A stretch of DNA of 64,000 nucleotides, from positions 1,186,829 to 1,250,828 of the forward strand of contig MU054925.1 of NCBI GenBank assembly GCA_013239625.1, written 5' to 3'. The translations under genes and the position numbers were made by a program. Positions 35,201 to 43,820 of the stretch are shown here, piece after piece (position 1 is the stretch's first letter; each line of letters opens with the position of its first letter). Origin of the DNA: Lama guanicoe (lineage: Eukaryota). The notes beneath the pieces were generated by a model. It was not told the origin of the DNA and made no database searches. It worked only from the letters and a program-made list of their open reading frames with translations.

Positions 35201-36025
35201 CCATTGATTGCCATGATTCCTGGGAAAGAGGTCTTGGGACAGGCCCTTGGTGATGGCATTAGTATTAGTCAGGGGGTCGAGGTTGCAGGTGTAAGTTTCA
35301 ACTGCTACTGATATTGGGGTTGTATCCAGAGCTGGAATATTTGCCTGAGTTGAAGCTGGAGGAGCCTGAGTTGGACATGGACACTTGTCCTGGCCCTGAT
35401 CTTGCACTGGGGCCAGAAGAGGAACTTGGGCTGCAGCTGAGCCATCCTCCCCTGGAAGAAAACAGGGTAGCCACCGGCTCTTTCTAATGCCCATTGGGGC
35501 TATCTGATCAGGGCTGCAGGGGCCTCTGCCCCAGCCTACTAGAACTTTAGCTGGAGCCTTGCCCTCCCCCGAAATCTGCACCTGAAGCCGGGAGCAGCAG
35601 AGTCCGTGCTGGGCCATGTCACTGGTACCGTCACTGCGCGTGCACACAGGTAAGGCCAGGGTCCTGTTCTCCATGTTGAGATGTGTTTGGGCTCCCACGA
35701 CGGGGCTTGGAAACGGGCTAGTGGAGGAGAGGGTCAGGGCATCCTGGGAGGCCTGCTCACAGCCACATTGGGAGCTAACCTCAGCAGGGTCCTGGAGTTG
35801 CTGGTGAGTGGGCTTGAGGGTGTGGGTCTGGGAGGCTGGGCCATAGGCCCCATCAGTGATGGCCTTGGTGGACAGTGACAAGCCCTGCCTCAAGTATACA
35901 GATCCTGAGTTTATCCAGGGTCCCTGGGACCCTCTAAGGCCACCCCCCAGCTGCTGGCTACCAGCCAAGGGGTGGCCCTGGGGGCCTGATGGATCAGGGT
36001 CCCCCACTTTCTTGTTGACTTCCAT
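32273..36025 (-). CDS. ACTL11: Actin-like protein 11, single exon, 1250 aa (long low-complexity N-terminus plus C-terminal actin fold at aa ~901-1250)
   Basis: Uninterrupted 3753-nt ORF with strong Kozak (ACTATGG). Actin motifs VVIDTGTGFTKCG, QALLALYAYGRTTGLV, ERFCCPEALFQP, NVVLDGGST, WLGGSI, EYEEEGP. Position between CAMKV and MST1R matches the recalled Actl11/ACTL11P locus. Confidence 0.9.
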   Translation of the reverse strand: MEVNKKVGDPDPSGPQGHPLAGSQQLGGGLRGSQGPWINSGSVYLRQGLSLSTKAITDGAYGPASQTHTLKPTHQQLQDPAEVSSQCGCEQASQDALTLSSTSPFPSPVVGAQTHLNMENRTLALPVCTRSDGTSDMAQHGLCCSRLQVQISGEGKAPAKVLVGWGRGPCSPDQIAPMGIRKSRWLPCFLPGEDGSAAAQVPLLAPVQDQGQDKCPCPTQAPPASTQANIPALDTTPISVAVETYTCNLDPLTNTNAITKGLSQDLFPRNHGNQWSIYSESSKGVTSCQDKVNFHSQDEPPTPAPTPNQSPDQAQELEVARRLVLPKQPENQLEKPLVCTSRPSSPKPGSGPPGTPKSQRGSQEICSSQPDQQPFNVCDNTCSKVPLSAHQVNYHKQSPAETPREAMQIPLSSAPTCQLQDAVEDRVLVFDMATGNTRMGLLCHDPMGSRAVLVGLMPSHSSIRASENTLSTRPLAMPILSPDSNRSSLWSTTPMVSSPVPSSLSSGSYREVALVPKEARVNLESVDSPGTETPIRMGMLTGPIPLGMPLQFGERTLSHAHGPGWSKPDAEKNEASRTIWMLDASRMQNTSMVQAKKLQWMNSEQSPEHVPPAKTQDVPRPQLQKDVGSNGQKEVITPHPDHPQVQDAGQGPLGGQPPLAEKCTLARQPPSTSQPPSAEHCPHTRQTYLSGQPPLAEQAPSTKQTCLLGQPPLPGTPNGRQLSLTLQPPFSQVPPISTVPTLSRGPPATREPGQASTLCQEHEPLGQRTHVGVVRVPLPPEETCVSVNREKVGASATQSSSTHQLSSWQPGCSPRAQEAQLSLIPFTTSGTGCKVLPMAMVGPEPQGPRFKLTAEDITHSQVVAHLGLLRGACYELVPTMNTLPVQSPVLCRHTLGPYQDMAAVVIDTGTGFTKCGLAGEDHVLSVVPSRVQLLQHPVQGQPRYAVPEKREGSYSVLNRGVVSDWDALEVLWQHLFYCRLGVRPEELAVLVADSPISPRTNREKVAEILFERFHVPAMQTVHQALLALYAYGRTTGLVLGSGHGTSYVAPIITGDLAPLDTYRLDVAGADLTEYLAQLLLASGHSPPKAELVNQIKEACCYVAMDMTAEMARAQAQARVDFVLPDKQVITLGSERFCCPEALFQPNLLGFNQPGLPQLALLSISRLEAKQQEQLLANVVLDGGSTLLNGFPERLRQELGPCATVLGSPHRAVAAWLGGSIMVSRDSFQSLWLSRHEYEEEGPWAIYKYHL

Positions 36026-36063
36026 AGTCCTGCTCCATGCCCTAGGTGCCCTGCCCCCACTTC

Positions 36064-36077
36064 ATTGCCATGGCAAC
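36064..36077. promoter_or_regulatory. RFX X-box in the ACTL11 proximal promoter
   Basis: ATTGCCATGGCAAC, 13/14 match to the palindromic X-box GTTGCCATGGCAAC, 39-52 bp upstream of the ATG. Confidence 0.75.
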
Positions 36078-38134
36078 TCCACACATCACAGCCCCCAGTG
36101 ACCTGGGGGAGGGTGATAGAGTGTGGGAAACCAGGGGCCCCACCCCCCTGAGGAGTGGGGGCCTGCCCATGGAACCCTGGGGGACAGAAAGGCCAAGGGA
36201 TGCCAGTGGCCATCCACTGGACTGGCCAACTCTGGACTGGCCTCCTCTCTCCTTGCCAGCCAGGTGGCCACTCGGCCCAGGCCAGCCCTTGCGTGAGGGC
36301 AGTGCTCCTGGAGGTGGGAGTGTGTATAAGGCCAAGGGAGAAAGGTAGGCAGAGGAGATGCTGAGGAAGCCCCTGCGTTCCCAGTCTACCTCAGATGCCA
36401 GACTTACTCTTTCTGCCCAGTTCCCAAGTGGCAACTTGAGACTTAAACCCTGACCCAGGGATGCAGTTCCAAGTGTGTGACATGAGGCCCTTTGGGGGTC
36501 CAAAGCTCCTTCACCACTCAGTCCTAAGAGGCAGAAGTGGGTGAGGGGCCCAGGCTCAGGCCCAAACTCCCCTCCCCCATGTTCCCCGGCTCCCACTCCA
36601 GGGACAGCAGCTCCTTGGCAGTCTTTCTGCTCCAGATGGTTCTCCTCTGCCTGTGCCTCCCAGAGCCCCCTCCCCAGAGCCACATGTCCTTGAGGCCCAG
36701 GACCAGTATCTCACAGGGGTGGGGATGGGCACAACTTGGACGGGGGTGGGGCCTCTGCTCAGAATCCTCAAGTCAGAATGTTCTAGCCTTTGTCACATTG
36801 TGTCAATTTCACCTTGGCCAGAAGGAGGCTAGAACACTGGGCATAGGCCTAGGCCACAGTGGACACTGGGCCAGTCAAGTCACAATTACAGGATGGGGCA
36901 TAGTGGGGATACAGTGGTTACAGGGCCATTCTCACAGTGGGCAGAGGGCTCGCTACACAATGGGGGTATGGTGGGTGTGGGACTGGACACACAGTGGGCA
37001 CAGCTGCATACATAGGGAGGACAAGCTGGACAAAGGAATAAACTTGGAGAGGCATACAGGAAAGGAAGCTGTCAGACCAGGTGGGCAGTTCCACCCTCCA
37101 TTTCTTAGATGGGCAAACTGAGGGTCAGGGAGGAGTAGGACCTGCCTGGCCCACCATCCCAGGCCCAGATGTGCCCTGCAGCCACAGAGGACAGGCCTAG
37201 TTTGGGGTACCACCTATTTCCACAGGCCTGGCTCTGGAGTTCTGCCTGGGGCAGGGTCAGACCCTCCACCCTCCCTCAGCTATGAGCTCTGGGTCTCCTC
37301 CCTCTGTTGTCCAGGGCTGGCCTCTCAGGCCTCAGTCTTTCCACCTAGGAAACAGGTCTGTGGAGAATGCAGCTGTAGGCTTGTCTTCTGAAGCAGTGTG
37401 TTTTCACAGGAGTTAAAAATAGTGCTTACAGTTGGGCTGTGGGGTGTGAAGCGATGTGACCAGGGACCAAGGCTAGCACTGAGCTCTATCTGCACATTCC
37501 TGACTTGGGATTGGGCACAGCCTGACTCAGTCATGTCTCAGGCCCCCCGGGACCCCTCTCCCTTCCCCAGATGCTGCCTTCAGTTCCAAATGAGGACAGA
37601 TGCCTCTGCTTACCACACACCCAGGAAGGTGGCAGAACCCCAGGGTCTGTGGCTTGCACGTGTGTGCATACGCACACATACTTGCTGAGCACTGTTAACT
37701 TCGTTAATCTCTTGCCTGGAGCAAACTGTTTTTTTATATTTTGTTTTGTTTTTCCCCACAAGAGAGATACTAGTAGCAGCCTCTGATGCTCTTGCAGCCC
37801 TTCAGCTGGGCTGCACCTGGGAGGGCTGGGGAGGCATGGAGGGAGGACCTGAAAGCTCCTGCCTGTCTGACCACTGAGCCATCCCCAACATCCTGCGGAA
37901 ATGAGGCGTAATCATCCTTTCCAGGGCTGGATCCTTGTGAACTACTGACCTGAGAAGGGTGTGGCCTGTGAAGGAGGGACCAAAGAAGGCAGTCTGGAGA
38001 GAGGAGAAGGCTCTTCCTACCTGGAAAGCAAACACCCTTGAGAGCAACAAGAAGAGTGACAACTACTGACTGGGTCCTTCCCTGGGCCAGGCAGCGCTGA
38101 GCATTGTAACCCAGCTTCACAGCAGTTCAGTGAG

Positions 38135-38265
38135 CCGGAGACAATCATCCTTATTTTACAAACGAGGAAATCAAGGTACAGAGGGGAGAGAACTCACAGA
38201 GGTCGCAGCTAATGAGTTGTCGAGCCAGAATCCAAAGCCAGGCCACCAGGCTCTAGATACCACAC
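38135..38265 (-). mobile_element. MIR SINE
   Basis: ATTTTACAAACGAGGAAATCAAGGTACAGAG core. Confidence 0.55.
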
Positions 38266-38774
38266 TTCAGGAACCTATGGTGCCACCACTGGGTGCCTGC
38301 CCAGGGCCATGTAGGCACGGACCCTCCTGGAGGGGAGCCAACATGCCTTGCTTCTGAGTGCTGCCTCCCCAAACTCCAACCCACATGGACCTGCTCCTCT
38401 TCCCAACAGCTTAGCAGGTGGGCATTTTTAGGAGGGGAGCATTTTTTCCTTTTCGTGCCACTAAATCAGTGCCCTCCCAGGAACCTGGCGGTGCTGAGTA
38501 GGGGCTAGTTACATACCTGGGGGACCAAGCTGAGTCCTTTGTAGTCAGAATTCTTGGCTGGCTGAAGCCCCTTCCGTTTCATCCAGCCGAGGGGAGGGGC
38601 AGCAGGGCAGTTTAGAGAGGCTCCCAAGCTGGGCCTCTTCTGCCCAGCCCCCTGGGATCAGGCAGGGACATTGCCCCTGTACCCCTCCCCCCAACATGTT
38701 TTTAAATAGTCTCTCACCAGGAAGAAGGGCATCCAATTCTATTTCTGATTCTGGAAAGTGAGGAGGGCCAACAT

Positions 38775-38788
38775 GTTACCATGGAAAC
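38775..38788. promoter_or_regulatory. RFX X-box
   Basis: GTTACCATGGAAAC. Confidence 0.6.
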
Positions 38789-41700
38789 CTGGAGAGCCCC
38801 TCCCCCAGGCTGAGCCCATTCCCCAGGCTGAGAGCTGTCTGGGATGAAGGGGCCCAGAAGCAACAGGAAGGAGTTCAGTCTGAGGGCAAGGCCAGGCAGA
38901 GGCTCCTCTGTGAGGGCAGATTCCAGCATTGCCTCCCTTCACACTTCACCTGACCCCTTCCAGGCAGGCCTAGAGAGAGGGGGAAGGCCCCTGTGGAGAG
39001 GGTCAGACTTCAGGAGATGGGGTGAGTCACCTCACTCTGAGAAACCCTCCTTCCCTGTGGATCAGGCTGGAATCCTCCCACCAAGGAGGCCTGGAGGATG
39101 GTGGGTAGGAAGGGCATCAAGAGGAGAGGCATAGGAGCTCCATTCTACCCAGAGCTCCGTGACCAGCCGAGTCTTCCAGACCTGCTTCTCCCACACAGAC
39201 GTATTTTTGGCTCTGTTGTGTTCTCAGGAGTCAGCTCTGTCAAGTCCCTGGCCCTGCACTCTTCCAGTCTACCTGCCTTCCCCTCCTGGGACTCTGGGAA
39301 GACTCTAAACATCTCCAAAAACCTAGGATCAAAAGGAGGCTGAGAGGGCTCCCAGTGCAGCCAACCACTTGATAATGGAGTGAAAATCAATGCCTGTTTC
39401 CCCAAACATTCATCCCTGCCCACTGTCCAGGGGCTCACACACCAGCCCTTCTATCCCAGAGGCTGTACATGGGTAGCATTTAGATCTGTGGAGGGAGGGC
39501 ACCCCAGATAGGGGAACAGCCCAGGCAAAGGCAGGCTTTTGAAGAGACCCAGAAGGACATTGTGATCAACCCTCTCTAGGTACTGATGGGAAACCAAAGC
39601 CCCCGAGGACAAAGGCTGCACTCTTGGTCTCTCAGCTCTATACACAGCACTCTGCGTTTTCCTCTCCTCCCTGTGAACCCTAACTTCCTGCTTCCCTGGC
39701 AGTCTCTCCTGGTCAGTGTACCCATTCCTTGGAGGCAACACCATGTTTGAAGGAGCTGGCACACCTTCTCTCTGCCCACCCACCTGGCCCCAAAGGAACG
39801 CAGTCACGGTGCAGGGAACCCCAGTCCTAGAGGAAGCTATGGCAAGATGAGGGGTGATAATCCACTCCTCGTCTGGGATGTGAAAGGCAAAACCCAAGAG
39901 TGCAGGAGGACGTGGCTCTTGAGCTCTAAGGCACGGAGAAATTCAAATAACAACTGTTTAAACAACGTTCCCTGCAAGCCATGGTGCAGTGACCCCTCTG
40001 CTGTGATGTGTTACAGCTTAAAAATAGCCCACAATGAACCGCTCTGAGCTCCAATTGACTCAAGCTTACGTAACTCTGCGTGAAAGATGGCCAGCTGCAC
40101 CAGCCAGGAGGGAGGACCACAGCACAGCCACCCTGACAGCTGTCCACAGCTGGCTTAGGGACTGGAGCGAGCGCCTTACCCTCCCTGGGAGTAGGAACCA
40201 GCAAAGGATGAGGGGAAGGAATTGCTGTCAGAACATGCAGGACTTCATGACTGCCAAGAAGAGACCTCCGAGCACACCTGCAAAGGGGGTGTGAGGAGAG
40301 CTGCCCTCCCTCAGGGTCCCTGAGGAACCCAGGCTCAGTGGAGGATGGGGGTGACTAAGAACTGCTGGCTGGGTTAGAGAGACCAGGGTGGGCACTCACG
40401 AGGGCAGAGTGACTGGGGCCACCCAAGGAATTCCTTTTCCTTTGGAGAGGGGGCTCCCCAGAAACATGTCAGCAGGACCGATGCCAGGTCATCATCTTTA
40501 GACCTGAAGAACCCAGGCCACCCAGGAGGCCACCATAGCCAGAGATGAATGTGGTAGCTGTCCAGGCTCTCTTGGCCTCTAGGCTTGTTGGGTTAAAAAT
40601 CTAGACTTGAATAAGCCTCAAAAGAATGAAGGGAGAGACTGAGGCTCAGCTGGCCCCTCTGTGCCAGATGGGAAATGTTGGGGGTGGTTCAGCAACCACC
40701 TCCTGGCTGGTTGGACTCTCACATGGGCAAAGCATAGGCTTGGGGTGAAGAGATGCTCAGTTCCTGAGGTCTTCAAGGAGAAATTTTCCAGCCCAGCATG
40801 AGTAAAAGGAGCCTGGCAGATCCCAGACCAGGGCTCAGCTTCTGATTCCCAGGGCTGCTTCTCTCCAGGCTGAGGCAGTAAGTGCAAGAGATGTGTCCTG
40901 GGCCTTCCAAAGCCTCAGAAACTTGCAGCTGCCCCCATGTCCCCTGACCCTACCTGGCACTGAGGGGTCCTGCTCTCTCCTAGAAGTGAAGGGAGTCAGT
41001 TCCTGAAATGGCAGCAGAGGTGGACCCGGGACCTCATGGGCTGCACCAAGGGAGTGACTGATGAAGCTGCTATTTCAGGAAGGTCTCAGAGTTGAAATGA
41101 GGCTATGCCTGGAGCCCTCAGGTGTGACCCCCAGAGCGCCTTGGGGTCTCTGAGGAAACTCTCTGAAAGGCTAAGGCTTTGGCATAAGGGGAATCTCAGA
41201 CCAGACTCATGGGCCCCCGTCAAAGCAGGTGGGTCTACCCTGTGCATGCCCTCCAGGTGCCAGACAACATGACACCCATGGGCAGTCAGGAGGGTGTGAG
41301 TCATCTGCTGCCACCTCAGCCCCGGCTCCCATCCTGGCCTTCCTCCAGCCTTTACTGGCAACTGCTTGCCCCCCAGCCTCTCTGAAATTGAGGCAGAGGA
41401 GCTGATACTTGCTGTCTACAACTCATGATGGGAAGACTGGACTCCCAGAGCCCTAGAGAAAAACCCGTCCTCACCCCATCCCACCCTCATGGCAGGCCTA
41501 GGCCCACCATGTCCACCAACAACTTTCCTCTTGCTCCAGCCACTACTCAGTACCCCCCCCAGGAGAAAGGCAGCCCAGCCTTCACTAGCCCTGGAAGCCA
41601 TTCAGAAAACTCCTGGTCCCCCCAGCCCATCTGGGGGCCTAGATATAACCCTCCCTTCCTCTCCTCCCTGGTGGCCCGGTCAGGAATCTGAAGCCCTGAA

Positions 41701-43020
41701 GCAGTTCCAGCTCCTAACACTCCAGATGGACTCAGGACTATCAAGTGGCTTTGAGAACAGTTAGGTGATTGGGGGCTGCAGCATTATGGGGAGGAGATGC
41801 AGCTGTGCCAAGCCCCTGCTTAACTGTGTCCTCTCCCTGGAGACTCCTGGGCCTGGAGACCCTTGGCCCAGAAACAGGCCCAAAGTCCCACATTCTGGCT
41901 GCACAGGAAACCTGATACCCCTTGAGCGTCTTCCATCTTCCTTCTCCCAGACTCCTCTCCTTTCTAAGCTTCCCTCCCATCCAGAGACCCCCTTCTTCTC
42001 TGAGCCCCTCTCTTACGAACAGGTAAGCTAGAGGTCCATAAGCTGCAGAGGCTCAGTGGAGAAGGAACCTCAGACCAGCTTCAGAGAAGCCTCTGAACCT
42101 TCTCCTCACTCCCCACCCAGGGCTTGGGGCTTGGATGACCCTTAGATGCCCAGGATGAGGTTAGGGCACGAGGACTGCACCTTGGAAGGCTGGAGACGGT
42201 CCTTTCCAACAAGTATGGGGACCACAGCTCTGGAATACTCCAGCACTGTGGGAGTACAGTCCAGTCTCCTCTCTCCCAGCCTCAGGGGTGACATGATAGG
42301 TGGGAGCCCAGGGGTCTCTGGAAGAGCATGTAGGGCTACCATCTCCTCTGTGCCTGCACTCTTGGGCATTAGAGGTGCAGTCAAACAGGTAGAGACTGAG
42401 TCAGCCTCTACCCTTCACCAGCTCATAGGGCCCTGACCTTCAGACCCCTGCGCTTGAGTGGAGAAGTCTTTTACCTACCTGTCCTCAGGGTCCTTAGGCT
42501 CCCCATAGCTGGGCCTCCCTGTGGCCTGAGGTGAGAGTATGGGTAGAAAACAGCTGGCCAGCTCCAGCCCCAAGGAGACCCAGGGTTCCACAGATGACAA
42601 GGCAAAGAGCTGCGGACCCAAAGGAGAGGCAGTCTACTCCCCTTTGGGTGTGGTGGGGTCTCCCAGCTGGTGGGATAGAGGCCATGGGGATCTGGAGCAA
42701 GAGAGAGGAACCACCAGGGTGCATGTGTTGGGCCCAGTCACCCTGATACCCCAGCTATCTACACCAGCAGGGCCCAGATGCCCCCTCAGCATTGGGGGCG
42801 TGGGGGAGGGGTGGGACCAGAAGGAAGTTGTTCTCCTTCTCCAGTGGAGTCTGCCCCTCCAGTGGGTGTTGTACAGTGGCCTTGATGCGTATAAACAGCC
42901 TGAGCAGTCTGCACCTCGACGCTGGTGAGCCAGCCTTGCTACTGGCTCATCTCTCTCAAGGTTGCAAGAGCAATGTTGTCAGGGATGGGGTGGAGGGAAG
43001 CAAGTCTCCACACCTTGACA

Positions 43021-43091
43021 GTGTGCGCGTGAGTGTGTGTGTGCACGTGTATGCGTGCGTGTGTGCACGTGTGTGTGTGTGTGTGTGTGTG
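43021..43091. repeat. Imperfect (GT)n/(GC) microsatellite
   Basis: About 70 bp of alternating purine-pyrimidine sequence. Confidence 0.9.
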
Positions 43092-43319
43092 GTAGGAGGG
43101 GGTGTTGGGGGAAGATAGCAGGTAGAGCAGGGAGCCCTGGAGAGGAACTGGGGCCTGGAAAATGGGACAGGCAGACTGGGCAGTGGGAGAAGCCACCCTG
43201 ACTGCTACATGTCTGGGTACTCAACCTACCCCTCCTGGTTCCATCCAAAAGTCCCCAGGGCCCTAGATCTGGGCCTTGCCTACCCTTCCTGTTCTCTGGA
43301 GCCTTCTTGCTGACTCAAA

Positions 43320-43645
43320 CCCTTTCCAGCCTCAGGGTCTTTTCATGCGCTGTTCACTCTGCCCAAAACTCTCTTCCCTCAACTGCTTCTGGCACAGTTC
43401 CCACTGACAAAGTCTCAGAAAAAAATGTCACCTCCTGGGGTGGCTTCCCACACCTTTCTATTCATCTCGATATCTAAAGCTGCCCTCCATTCCCTCAAAA
43501 CAGCCTGTCTGTTTCTTTCACAGCATTTATCACAATTTGAACTTGAATACTCATTTATTCATTTACTGATTCAAGGGCCAGTGGTCACCATTGAGTCCCC
43601 TGTGCCCAGCAGCCAGGCACACAGCAGACATTCCATAAATACTGC
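43320..43645 (+). mobile_element. L2 3' fragment overlapping the MST1R 3' end
   Basis: CCTCAGGGTCTTTTCATGCGCTGTT...GGCACACAGCAGACATTCCATAAATA resembles the L2 3' terminus. Confidence 0.5.
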
Positions 43646-43820
43646 ATCAAGGATCCCCTCACTGGTTCCCTCTGTGGAGTGAGAGGCCATTGTGCCTTGC
43701 ACCTTCCTATGCCCCTGAAGGCTGAGAGGCAGGGACCGGCAGAGGCCAGCCCAGAGGCAGCTTGGGTTAACTCCCACCATTACACAGGTCCGATCCCTCG
43801 GGTCCTGCCTGGGGCTGAGG

